A program made the translations under genes and the position numbers. A stretch of DNA of 64,000 bases from Guillardia theta CCMP2712. Taxonomy: Eukaryota > Protista > Cryptophyta. Positions 49,385 to 60,532 of this stretch are shown here, in pieces. Position 1 is the stretch's first letter; each line of letters begins with the position of its first letter. The stretch lies in assembly GCF_000315625.1 (NCBI RefSeq), contig NW_005434614.1:331219-395218 (forward strand), read 5' to 3'. The notes beneath the pieces are model-generated. The model made no database searches and was not told where the DNA came from. It saw only the letters and a program-made list of their open reading frames with translations.

Positions 49385-51426
49385 GTGCTGCCGCCTGATC
49401 GGAACGCGTCGTGCTCAACGGCCGCGTCCCTTCCTACGGGTCAACTACATGTTTGCCCCTGCTTAGCCCTCAGCCGTGGCGACGCCTCCGCGCCGCTTCA
49501 GCTCGCCTTACCCGATCTTATTCGGCTCCCCGTTAGCGTCAGCTCTTCCCACCAGACCGTTGCCCTGCTCGATCACGGCGCGACGATCAATATCATGTCT
49601 CAGCAGCTTTTTCAGCAGCTGGGCCTCTCCGAGACTCTGCTACAGCGTGATACGCAGTTCACCGTGCAAGTTGCGGACGACCGCCAAGTGCAAACCCTCG
49701 GCGCCGTCTCGCTCGCCTATCGCATCGGCCGCTTTTCAAGCAAAGATACGTTTCATATCTTGCCACGTTGTTCTCAACCCCTGATCTTGTCTCTCCAGTG
49801 GATACATCGCCACAACGCTGTATACGTTCCGCGGACCCGAGAAGTGTTCGTCGATTCCCCCAAAGCTCGACGCGCCCCTCCGATTAGCTTGCCAGTTCAG
49901 CATCAAGTGCCCTACAAGGACTCGGTCTTAGCCGTGACAACCGTCTCGCTCACCGATGCTCACGCTCTGCGTGTCGCCAATCCTAACGAGGAATGGTTCT
50001 TGTTGCACCTGCATGTCCCAACGACAGCTTCCGCCTCGGCATCTTCCGCCGACCCGGCAGTGGGCGCCCCCGCTCACCTTGCTCAAGCCCTCTCTGAGGA
50101 ATTCGCCGACGTCCTCGTCGACGACCTGCCGCAAGGACTTCAGATCAACCGTCCCCCTCAGTTTGACGCTCACATTCAGCTCAAGCCAGGGACCTTGCCC
50201 ATCAACTGCAGGCCATACCGCATCCCCCTTCATCTTGAAGGAGAACTCCAGGCTACCATCGCGTACATGCTCGAACACGACATCATCGAACCATCCAATA
50301 GTGAGTTTGCCTTTCCTGTGCTTTTCAGTCGACGTCCCAACGATCCACGCTCCCCAACTGATCCCAAAAGCTACCGCTTTTGCTGCGACCTTCGCCGCTT
50401 GAACCAAGTCGTCTTGAATCAGCAGACCGCCGCAACTCCTACCGTCGATGAGATGTTGGAAAAGATCGCCGACACAGTCCGTCAAGGCAAAGCCCGTCGC
50501 AAAACCGATGAGCAGCTATGCATCACTACGCTTGATTGTATCAAGAGTTTTTGGCAGGTACTCGTACGTGTTCCTGATCGCCGATATCTCGCGTTCATCA
50601 CACCGATTGGTCACTACCAATACAAGCGCCTACCATTTGGATTCATCACTGCCAGCAGCATATTCCAAGGATTCATCCAGCAGGTCCTCCATGATCTACC
50701 CCACACGTTTGCATACATCGACGACATCGTCATCGCTACGTATTCCACCTGGGAAGCTCATGCCGATCACGTTCGCGCCGTGCTTCAACGCTGTCGCGAG
50801 CATCAGGTCTTCCTTAAGAGAGAGAAAGCTCAATTCTTTCGCACTAGTGTTGACTTCTTAGGTCACCGTGTCTCCGCCGACGGCGTGACGACCCAACACT
50901 CCAAGACGGCGGCTATCTCCGCGTGGCCGCTACCGACGACTACTAAACAAGTCAAGATGTTTCTTGGACTAGCTTCCTATTATCGAAAGTTCATCCGCAA
51001 CTTCTCGACAATAGCAGCCCCTCTGACTGACCTTCTCCGCAAGGGCGCTCAGTTTCAGTGGACTGCAGCATGTCAAAGCGCGTTCGACAACCTCAAGCAA
51101 GCTCTGACGTCTCAGCCCCTCCTGCATCACTTCGACCCGTCCATTCCCACCGAAGTGCACTGCGACGCGTCCAACGTTGGAATAGGAGGCGTACTTCTAC
51201 AGCAGCCTCCCAACGCCCCCGCCCGCGTCATCGGCTTCTACAGTCGTAAGTTGACTCCGACCGAACAACGATATCACGCGACCGAACGAGAGTTACTCGC
51301 AATCAAGGATACCATCCTTTTCTTCAAGTTCTACTTGATAGGGACTCCATTCAAGGTCTTTACTGATCATCAAGCTCTTACGTATTTCCAGACACAGAAA
51401 GACATCAACAGCAGATTGATTCGTTG
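49385..51426 (+). CDS. pol: Gypsy Pol (protease, RT, RNase H), truncated
   Basis: LLDHGATIN, YRFCCDLRRLN, LPFG, AYIDDI, FLGLASYYRKFI, CDAS, ERELLAI, TDHQAL, RLIRW, then Copia LTR. Confidence 0.95.
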
Positions 51427-51917
51427 GTATTGGAATCAATTCCTGACTCCTAGAGTCTGTGCACAGATGAATGACTAGTAGAACAGCTCAACAGCTGACT
51501 GATAAGTCCAAAGACCAAGACTCACAGATGATGTGCGCACGAAGACACCAATGACTTTCACAGCCAACCAAACACCTCAGATAACTCAGATCAACTTCCC
51601 AACAATCCCCAGCACTTTATTCCCAACACTCGTAGCAGCAAGACCAACCAAACAGCTTCCCTTCACACACCACCGCCTTACTTCCACCACTGTACGAGTG
51701 CTGCCTCTTCGACAGCCGGCGCCTCTTGATTCCTCCGGCGCCGCCTCAGCTTCCCCAGGCTCCAACCAACCGGATCTTCTAAGTCACAGACTAAGCTCCA
51801 GCCCACTAGCTTGGACCTGCAGGCTTCACTTGGTTCACAACCTGATTAGACGCATCCCTTGAACTTATCGCGTCTGAAAGAACTTCTGAGAGGTTTGTCA
51901 GAACCTGAGTTCTTACA
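51427..51917 (-). repeat. Copia 3' LTR (terminal base missing)
   Basis: Matches 60042-60532 except at one site. Confidence 0.95.
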
Positions 51918-53116
51918 CCCTCCCTTTGGGAAGCAAGTCAGAAGTCTGCAACCTTCTCAGCTTGTCAAAATCATCTGCTTAACAGCTAAGCAGCTGTCCC
52001 TTGCGATGTCCTCCTTTCCAACGCTCGCTCAAGCTTTACAAGCTGACTTCCATGCTGCTCTCCTCTCCAAGGTCATCTTGCTGCTACCACTCCATCAACC
52101 GTTCTGCACAGGCTCATCCCCCATTTTGCATGCCTCCTGCGCTCCTCCTTCGCTTCAAGTGTGCACCCTGGTGCACCTGCGTTTCTCCTCCTGTGACACC
52201 TGCGCTCCTCCTCCGCTTGCGCTGCGGATGCAGTGCAGTCGCACCTCGCCAACAGTGCACCTGTGCTGCTCCTCCACCTGCGCTGCGGCTTCTCCCCACC
52301 ATCGTAGGGCCTGCGCTGCTCCTCCAGCGCTTGCGCTTCAGCAGCACTCCTGCAGCACCTGCGCCGTCCTCCTCTAGCGCATCCTGATGCTCGTGCACTC
52401 AGCTTGTACCATCCGCATGCCACTAGAGACGCTCCTCATCCGCCTGCGCTGTCCGCATGCACCTGTGCTCCTCCTCATCTTCCATCATAAACTCTTCCTA
52501 GCTGCCTGCAGTGTCAGCTCAAGACTAAGTCCTGAACACATCTGCATCTTTCAAGTCAGACAGCTCCTCCTCCTCTTCAACCTGATCCTCATGATGGGAT
52601 TGGTCATCATGTGACCTCTCTGAAGCGTGCACATTGAGCAATTGAATGAAGACGTCTCCACCCATTGATGATGCCAAGAATTTAGAATTCCAATCAAGCT
52701 CCAGAGATCAGGTTCAGAATTCTTGCAATTCCTTGATTGATCTCTGATTGTTTTGAACACAATTTTCTCGTTTCTAATCTATGGGCCCTTTCTATCCTAT
52801 CTACCCCGGGGATCATTGTTTTGCCAAGGCACAATCATTTTTGACGTCAGCGCTTTCATTTCAACCACATGACTTATCGATCTCGACTCATCCGTCATTT
52901 CTTTCTCAATTTTCATTTTTGGCCATTCAATTTCATCGTTCACTACCGTCATGGGTTCCATAGATCAGGATGAGCGAGTTTCTAAGATACTAACCTAGAA
53001 CAGATGTCTTGGTTGCAGCTAGCCACAGGCTTGAGGAAGACGTGTCTGTCTTTATCCTCCTTCCGATTCATCCGATTCCTTCACGTTCTCCATGAGAGTC
53101 TCCTCGGTGACATCAC

Positions 53117-53231
53117 CCGAGACACCCTCCCTGAATCGGATAGAAGACGGAAGACTGACAATTCTCGAGCGACACGGACACGGTGGCAAGGGTCCGAGAC
53201 ACCCTCCCTGAATCGGAGAAAAGACGGAAGA
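53117..53231. repeat. ~37-bp direct repeat (CCGAGACACCCTCCCTGAATCGGA..AAGACGGAAGA) x2 in Copia 3' region
   Basis: Copies at about 53117 and 53194. Confidence 0.85.
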
Positions 53232-53400
53232 TAAAGCCTGGAAGCCACCGCAGCAGGATCGGTTGAATCTCCTTGTCGGAGACTGGAGCTCGGATCACCG
53301 TCAATCACACACGGGGCATACAACTTTGGCGACTGACGGCATGGGAACAGAGTAGCACTGTCCCCGACAGAAGCGCAGAGAGCATGACAGGCGAGCATCC

Positions 53401-55956
53401 TCAGAGCAGCATATCCGGTAAGGGGTCTCCGAAGAGAAATTCACCAAGGAGCCTCCACCGATTCAAAGGCAGAACTTTCGTCAGCAAATCACCAGGCTGA
53501 TAAGAAGTATGAATCTTTTCTGGATAGAGCTCGTCCTTTTCTACCAAATCAACAGCATACTTCGTTCGAATATCAATGTGTTTGAGTCGACTATAACTTC
53601 GCTTGTCCCACAAAAGCCTCAGACATGGTTCATTGTCGATTAGCAAGAGAGTAGGACGAGTCTGCGTAAATCCCATCTGACCCAAGAGATTTCTATAAAG
53701 CTTGACTAGTTTCGCGCATGTGGTGGCAGCATAAATTTCAGCTTCTGAAGAACTCAGGGCAACAACCTTCTGCATTTTCGAACCAAAGACGACTACCCCA
53801 CCATTCAGAACGATTCCATATCCGCTTTGACTCCGTCTCGTAATAATCTCGGTACCCCAACCAGCATCACTGAATGCAATCATCTCATTGACAAAACACT
53901 CCTGGTGGTAATATACTCCGTGACAATGGTATACGATCTGAACCTCCCGAGTAGTGTAAAGGTACTGTAGAAGATGAATTAAGGCATCCATATCACACTG
54001 CCGAGGAGCACGAGCAAAGCGACTAAGGACGCTCGTCGCGAATGCGATATCAACCCGCGTACAATTTGCCACGTAGAGAATGGACCCCAGAAGACTCTGA
54101 TAAGTGCGGACTTCCTTCTTGTTCAACAACTTACCCTCCAAGTGATAAGTCTTGAGATAGTGACCAGGTAATACCGTTTTGACACCCCTGGCAACGATTT
54201 CAAAGCGTTCAACAATCTTTTCAATGAAATGCTGTTGTGACAAAGTTATCCGACCCTGATCGTCATTCTGTTCTATTTTAATGCCCAAGAAGGTACCTGT
54301 TGCCTCACTCCCCGAAAAGTCGAATACTGTGTTGAGCTTCTCAAGAAACTCAATCTTAACTGCTTCAGTTTGAGAGACAATGAGTAAGTCATCCACGAAG
54401 ACAGTCAGAAGCAAGACGTCCCCCGCACAGTTGGAGTATCGGTAGATGATCTCATCATGTCCTATCCCACTTGCTCCCACCGTCTTCAACACCTGCGTGA
54501 ACTTAAGATACCATCTCCTTGGTGCAATGCGAAGTCCATAGAGCGACTTCAAGACTTTGAGGAGGCACTCAGGAGGAAGACTCATGATATCTGGAGGAAT
54601 CAAATACACAGGAACCTCCAAGTCACCATACAAGAAAGCAGCAGAGATATCCCTGAATGTGATTCTCCAACGGTTGCCTGCCGCGATGCTCAGCAAGAGC
54701 CGGATATTGTCCAACGATGTAGTCGGTGCAAACAATTCTTCAGATGAAGGAAGTAAGTTGCCCATGATAACTAGCCGCCCCTTTCGTTTCAAGATCTTGC
54801 CCTTCAAGTCTCGTTTTGAAGTATACACCCACAAGCCGCGAGCAAGGACAGAATGATTTGACTCCCTGTTTTTCTGATCACGCGTAACAACTTCCCAGAC
54901 CCCACGACTTTCGATCTTCGCAATTTCCTCCTTTTCAGCCTGCTCCCAAAGATGCCGATCCGGACGACGTAACATCTCTGACCTTGTCTTGGGATCTGGT
55001 AACTTGTCAAAACTACTTTCGTTCTCCACATTTCCTGCATCGCAAGCCGCTGTCATAGCGTAATCTGCCTGATTCTCAGGCATTGCAGCTGGATTGTCAC
55101 GGTCGGGAGACATCAGAGATAACAGGTCAGACGCCAGCTCCACCGCGTCCCATACGGGAGAGACCAACGCTAGATTCGCCACAAGAAGACGCGTATCCCT
55201 GAAAGTAGGGTCCACATTAGCACTGACCTGTGGGGCAGATGACACAGGATCGACATGCTGTAAACGAGTTTTGTACATCTCATCCCTCCATACTGGAACA
55301 AAACGCTGGGATGCTGGCTGAAGGCTTGTCCTGTCTTCCCCCCTGTCCCAAACATACAAGATCTCTTCAGATTCAGTCGACCCCTGCACAATATCTGTAA
55401 CTTGCAGATACTGCGAAAATTGCTTGTGCTGGGAAAGTACAACCACTTCAGGCGAACCCCCAACTGTAGCTTCGACAACATCCATGATCTCATCCGCTGC
55501 ACGATCAAGACAGGGTTTAAAAACTTTGGTATGGTCGGTCATATCACCAAAGACGTTCGGTGGAAAGCTGCACGAGTAATAATCTGCTAACATGCAGACC
55601 TCTGATATTGTCTCCCCACTTGTAAGCACCACCATTGCCTTCTGTTCGGTTTGTTCCAAAAACTTGATGTCAGGATCAGTGACAGACCGTAACACCCAGT
55701 AATTTTCGAGAGTTGGGAAAACAATCCGCGCGAGAAACTTTCCCTCCTTGAAAACCATCTGCAAAATTTTGCCTTGCTCTACTTGACCATTTACAAGAAC
55801 TTCGACATCTCGATTGACATATTTGCTTTCCAAGACCCCTCGCTCCGCCTTGAAATCCCTCCGTGTTCTTCTGCCTGCTGGAGGAACTGGAGACATTGCA
55901 CCGTCAGGCACATATTCGGTATCATCCCTCAACCGATGCTCTCCTGTATCCTCCAC
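53401..55956 (-). CDS. pol: Copia Pol C-terminal part (RT + RNase H)
   Basis: KRKGRLVIMG, DISAAFLYG, KSLYGLRIAPRRW, VFVDDLL, FSDAGWG, SSSEAEIYA, KHIDIR. Confidence 0.95.
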   Translation of the reverse strand: MEDTGEHRLRDDTEYVPDGAMSPVPPAGRRTRRDFKAERGVLESKYVNRDVEVLVNGQVEQGKILQMVFKEGKFLARIVFPTLENYWVLRSVTDPDIKFLEQTEQKAMVVLTSGETISEVCMLADYYSCSFPPNVFGDMTDHTKVFKPCLDRAADEIMDVVEATVGGSPEVVVLSQHKQFSQYLQVTDIVQGSTESEEILYVWDRGEDRTSLQPASQRFVPVWRDEMYKTRLQHVDPVSSAPQVSANVDPTFRDTRLLVANLALVSPVWDAVELASDLLSLMSPDRDNPAAMPENQADYAMTAACDAGNVENESSFDKLPDPKTRSEMLRRPDRHLWEQAEKEEIAKIESRGVWEVVTRDQKNRESNHSVLARGLWVYTSKRDLKGKILKRKGRLVIMGNLLPSSEELFAPTTSLDNIRLLLSIAAGNRWRITFRDISAAFLYGDLEVPVYLIPPDIMSLPPECLLKVLKSLYGLRIAPRRWYLKFTQVLKTVGASGIGHDEIIYRYSNCAGDVLLLTVFVDDLLIVSQTEAVKIEFLEKLNTVFDFSGSEATGTFLGIKIEQNDDQGRITLSQQHFIEKIVERFEIVARGVKTVLPGHYLKTYHLEGKLLNKKEVRTYQSLLGSILYVANCTRVDIAFATSVLSRFARAPRQCDMDALIHLLQYLYTTREVQIVYHCHGVYYHQECFVNEMIAFSDAGWGTEIITRRSQSGYGIVLNGGVVVFGSKMQKVVALSSSEAEIYAATTCAKLVKLYRNLLGQMGFTQTRPTLLLIDNEPCLRLLWDKRSYSRLKHIDIRTKYAVDLVEKDELYPEKIHTSYQPGDLLTKVLPLNRWRLLGEFLFGDPLPDMLL

Positions 55957-58460
55957 GGTTGATCTCCAGATGTCAGGCCTTGGACCGAGGAAGGTGGAAA
56001 TTCCAATTGGAGGCGCTTGCTCGCGGAAACTTCACTTGCGTCAGGACCAGAGCCTCCCTGACAGTGTCGCTTCCTGCCAGACGTTGCAACTTCCTCAGGA
56101 ATTTGCAATTCTGTTTCACTCGCATTTTCCGAGGAGTCTTCGTCGTAGTCAGATGCCACTGGTGCACAAGGTACTAGTTCCTTCAACAATTCATCCTCCA
56201 CATTAGATGCCTGAAAACGTCGGCAACGTAATGGAAAATACAGCTCGTCAAACGTAAGATTATTCGTATGGACGATTCTATCATGCTCGATATCCCAAAC
56301 CAAATACCCCACCTTATATCCAGAGAAAGCGCACGCGTTTCCCAGATTTAAACCATGAATTGCTGGATCATCCACCTTTGACGTGCGTAGTTCATTCTTG
56401 AAGAAGGTGCTGCACCCAAAAACCTTGAGCTTGCGATAGTCAAACTGCTCGGTTGTATATATCAAGTATGGTGAGGAATACCCTAGATTTCGTCCACTAG
56501 GCAGAATGTTGTACAGTAAAACTGCCTGCTGTACAGAATGCTCCCATTTGGTCCTTGGTACTCCGCTCTGACGTAGTAACGTCCGATGAATGGACATTAC
56601 GCTTCTGATTCCACGTTCAGCGAACGCATTGTAGACCTGAGAGTACTCTGGAATTTTGTCATGTCGTATCCCATGATCAACGAAAAAGCTCTCCAGCTCC
56701 ACAGAGCTGAATTCTGAACCGTTGTCAGATACAATCTTCTGTACCTTAGGACGAGAGCTGTCACGATCCTCTTGTAACAGTATTTCCTTGAGGATAGCAG
56801 CCGTCTGACTTTTCGTGCGCATAGGTCGTACTCGCACAAATCCGGAAAAGACGTCCACAATGATCAAGAAATATCTATAACCACCAGGCTCGGATTGTAC
56901 AATCATGTCTTTCAAATCAATATGCCAGACTTGATTGACCTCTGATGCCCGCTCCTGTCGGAAATCCGACTGTCGATGGATCGGCCGTGAGACGAACTTT
57001 GCTATTCTACAGGTGTGACAAGGAGATTTCTTTAGGCGCCTGTCGTACGTGATATACTTCACCGAATCGGCTAGTAATTTTTGAATCTTTGCTTCCAGAT
57101 GTCCGAGCCGAAGGTGCCAGATGGCCGATTCTGTCGCAGCTGACAATCGGGACTGCTCACACATGTTCTCCTCTGGCTTGAGAGTCACTAAACTTGATGG
57201 ACCCCCACTGTAATTATCACCATTGCTCGTACCAGCGCAAGAGGTTGTACTGTTGCACGCCACACTAATCTTCCCATCTCCCATGAGAACCGTCTGCAAA
57301 AAGTACAACCTATCTCGTTGGAATACATCGATTTTCAATGCACCATCTTCTGAGCAAATGTAAGACTTTAGGGCACTCCTGGAGCCCCGTGATAACATGT
57401 GGTAGTCAGTCCCAAGAACATCATCCAAGCTAAGCAACGATATCGGGACAAGCGGGCATACGCGAACGTTGACAATAATCTCGTCCAGACAGGTGTTAGT
57501 TGTTGGACAAACCAGTTGCAGTCGTAATTTTCCAACCTTATCACAGACGACAGTACCTCCAGCGGTAAGCACCTGAAATTCAGGTCCAGCTTGGACATCA
57601 AACAACATAGACTCTTCCTTGACCATGGAGATATTAGCACCAGAGTCCAGCAAGAACGTATGGCCTCCAGCTCCTTCTTTCTCCTTTACCTGCAATGCAA
57701 TTTCCTGCAATTCCTCGATGGTAGACGTGGAATCGAGACCAAATGTGAAATTTGCTTTCCACGCTCCTTGCCGTCGATTAGCCTGTGATGCAGATTCCGT
57801 TGCATTCTGGGCCGATGAGCGTTCAAATGGATTTGCAGGAACAGAAGATTTCTTTTCTGACTCATTCCGCTGGCCGTCTGCGTCAGCCTTCTGCTGGTGA
57901 CTGTGTGAACTTGAAGAAGCATTCGCTGCCATGCGTTGAGCTGCCTGAATCAACGCTTCCCCCATCTTGCGCGTGGTTTCAGCGTCCACAACTCCCCCTG
58001 ACAACAAATTCTGCAAGACAGATGACGGTTGTTCACTTTCAACCCCTCGAGGGTTAAACCGCTGATTTTTGTAGTTGCCATTATTTTGATTGTAGTTGTT
58101 GTTATTGTAGTTGTGGTTGTGATTGAAATTTCCATGACCTCGACCACCCTTCCAACCTTTGCCTCCATGTCCTTTCTGTCCACCCTGACCTCTTCCATAG
58201 CCTCCTTTAAAACTTCCTCTCCCTCCATTATGGTACCCATCCTGATTCCTCCTTCCCCTGCCACGGTAACCCGTATGGTTAGGTCCGCCGTCCCCCTCGC
58301 CTCCGCGGCCAGGGAAACCACCACGGTATGAGCTAGGGTCAAACGCCGCCTGATCTTGTCCCGTCCTACCAGGTCCTGAAGGAGCTTGACCAGAAGCCTG
58401 GTAAAACGTTGGGACGTTCCCGACCGGACCTTGGATAGGAAATGGATACATAGAGGCACG
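55929..58460 (-). CDS. pol: Copia Gag C-terminus/protease/integrase (frameshifted relative to both neighbours)
   Basis: FLLDSGANISM; WHLRLGH..CHTCRIAK; WHIDL, SDNGSEF, NAFAERGIR (DDE). Confidence 0.92.
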   Translation of the reverse strand, partial: RASMYPFPIQGPVGNVPTFYQASGQAPSGPGRTGQDQAAFDPSSYRGGFPGRGGEGDGGPNHTGYRGRGRRNQDGYHNGGRGSFKGGYGRGQGGQKGHGGKGWKGGRGHGNFNHNHNYNNNNYNQNNGNYKNQRFNPRGVESEQPSSVLQNLLSGGVVDAETTRKMGEALIQAAQRMAANASSSSHSHQQKADADGQRNESEKKSSVPANPFERSSAQNATESASQANRRQGAWKANFTFGLDSTSTIEELQEIALQVKEKEGAGGHTFLLDSGANISMVKEESMLFDVQAGPEFQVLTAGGTVVCDKVGKLRLQLVCPTTNTCLDEIIVNVRVCPLVPISLLSLDDVLGTDYHMLSRGSRSALKSYICSEDGALKIDVFQRDRLYFLQTVLMGDGKISVACNSTTSCAGTSNGDNYSGGPSSLVTLKPEENMCEQSRLSAATESAIWHLRLGHLEAKIQKLLADSVKYITYDRRLKKSPCHTCRIAKFVSRPIHRQSDFRQERASEVNQVWHIDLKDMIVQSEPGGYRYFLIIVDVFSGFVRVRPMRTKSQTAAILKEILLQEDRDSSRPKVQKIVSDNGSEFSSVELESFFVDHGIRHDKIPEYSQVYNAFAERGIRSVMSIHRTLLRQSGVPRTKWEHSVQQAVLLYNILPSGRNLGYSSPYLIYTTEQFDYRKLKVFGCSTFFKNELRTSKVDDPAIHGLNLGNACAFSGYKVGYLVWDIEHDRIVHTNNLTFDELYFPLRCRRFQASNVEDELLKELVPCAPVASDYDEDSSENASETELQIPEEVATSGRKRHCQGGSGPDASEVSASKRLQLEFPPSSVQGLTSGDQPWRIQESIG

Positions 58461-59832
58461 GTTGACCTTGAGCATAGAAATTGAAAAACGGGTCTTGGCT
58501 GGGAAACATGATACCTTGTGGATATGATGGAGGTATACTCCCACGAACTGGGTAATTACCATACCATTTGGGATCGACGTGAGAATTCTCTCCCGAATCC
58601 GCTTGACCACTGTTTTCGCCTGACCCCGAGGATCTCTTCTTGCCCACTGCAACTTCTCCGACAGCCTGCGGTTCATTCGGTACCAACGGTTCACTTGCCA
58701 CAGTGATATTCACCACTGACACGTCTCCCTTCGCATCCATCGCGGGCGTCACGGTCGTAGTCGTCTTGCTTCTAGTTTTTAAGATGCGCCCCCAGTGGAA
58801 TATTTCGTCGAGAGAAATCTTTTCTGGTCTCATATTACTCTTCTTCCAATTTCGCAATTCTCTATTCAATGCCAATGACTGCAACGATTCACAAGTCGAT
58901 TCTTTACACCTGGCATGCAAGAGTTCAGCGATCTGGATCTCTAACGGCCCCATCCTTTGGTGTGCCCCCACAACACCTTGAATACTATCCTTGAGATTCT
59001 TAAACAGTAGCTTGATTTTGTCCACGTTCCTCCAGAAGGCTTCTTCAGACTCAAGTGGCTGTTTCGCTAGCGCTCTGAGCTGATCTCTCCCTTCGTCCTC
59101 AGTAAGCTCGATAAGCTCAGCTCCACTTCGTTGCTTTACATTCCAGCGTACCAGTGCCAAAGTTTTGAAGAATGCCAAAGGATAGTTGCCTCCTCCTGAC
59201 ATCTGCCACTCTATGTCGAAATCATCCTTTAGCTTAACTCGAAAATAACTGTTCGTGCTTACAAGTACCTCAGCAATATCTTCAAATAAGACTTCCACCT
59301 CCTGTCGATCAGCTGAGGATCTGAACAACCTCGGTGATATTTGGTACTTGTGTGGAGAGAAAACCACAGATGTATCGAGTGGATTACCCATCTCTCCATC
59401 CTCTGAAGCACCATCAATCACATCCTCGCTGGCTGCGATTGCCTCCTCGAATTTTCCTCGCAACTTCTTAAACTTCTCAAGAGCATCCTTGAATTTCTTC
59501 CCATTCTTCCAAATGTACCCAGCATGCAGAAACAACGCCGTGACCTGAATCTTCCACTCCAGCGAAGAGAATTTTTCTAGACCTTCTGGAGACGACTCCC
59601 ACATTTCATGAAATTCTCCAACAAACGATCCAGTCTCGTCAATCGGAAACAAGTCCAACAGTTTTAAGAAACAAGCCCCAAGATTCGGACGAAAACGACT
59701 CATGGCACCTGAGAAAGGAAGGAACAGGTCCTCGAGTTTTTCCTTGGAGGTAACCTTCCCATGCTTCAGCTTGTCGACCTGAACATCACCATGGCTTCGT
59801 TTCAACTCCTCTTGCAGATCTGGCATGCTCAT
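58460..59832 (-). CDS. gag: Copia Gag N-terminal part
   Basis: Long ORF between the 5' LTR and protease, homologous to the fragment at 45566-46009; likely start MSMPDLQEEL. Confidence 0.75.
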
Positions 59833-60040
59833 GATCGTCAACTTGGAGTTACCAATACCGTTCCAAAAAAAATGAGTAACAGCGTACAGTACAACAACCA
59901 GGAGCCTTAAAGAGCCTTCAAACTCGTTGTCAATTCGACGCACAAAGACCAAGAGCCCTTTAACTCGTTGTCCTTGGAATCTTATCGTAGAGTCTTTTTG
60001 TATTCCTTTGTTCGTGAATACAAAAAGAAAATTTTCTTTT

Positions 60041-60532
60041 TGTATTGGAATCAATTCCTGACTCCTAGAGTCTGTGCACAGATGAATGACTAGTAGAACA
60101 GCTCAACAGCTGACTGATAAGTCCAAAGACCAAGACTCACAGATGATGTGCGCACGAAGACACCAATGACTTTCACAGCCAACCAAACACCTCAGATAAC
60201 TCAGATCAACTTCCCAACAATCCCCAGCACTTTATTCCCAACACTCGTAGCGGCAAGACCAACCAAACAGCTTCCCTTCACACACCACCGCCTTACTTCC
60301 ACCACTGTACGAGTGCTGCCTCTTCGACAGCCGGCGCCTCTTGATTCCTCCGGCGCCGCCTCAGCTTCCCCAGGCTCCAACCAACCGGATCTTCTAAGTC
60401 ACAGACTAAGCTCCAGCCCACTAGCTTGGACCTGCAGGCTTCACTTGGTTCACAACCTGATTAGACGCATCCCTTGAACTTATCGCGTCTGAAAGAACTT
60501 CTGAGAGGTTTGTCAGAACCTGAGTTCTTACA
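60041..60532 (-). repeat. Copia 5' LTR (TGTAAG...AATACA, 492 bp)
   Basis: TG...CA termini; direct repeat of 51427-51917. Confidence 0.95.

Larger units (their letters stand above)
47493..51426 (+). mobile_element. Ty3/Gypsy LTR retrotransposon, 3'-truncated (no integrase, no 3' LTR)
   Basis: 5' LTR followed by gag with CFYCQEPGHIKPDC and pol in PR-RT-RH order. Confidence 0.95.
51427..60532 (-). mobile_element. Ty1/Copia LTR retrotransposon, near full length (~9.1 kb), young
   Basis: Two ~491-bp LTRs with one visible internal mismatch (51637 A / 60252 G); gag-PR-INT-RT-RH order; PPT AAAGGGAGGG before the 3' LTR. Confidence 0.97.

Noticed and set aside
51533-51862. Duplicated 109-aa ORF (also 60148-60477)
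   Set aside because: Incidental antisense ORF inside the two LTRs.
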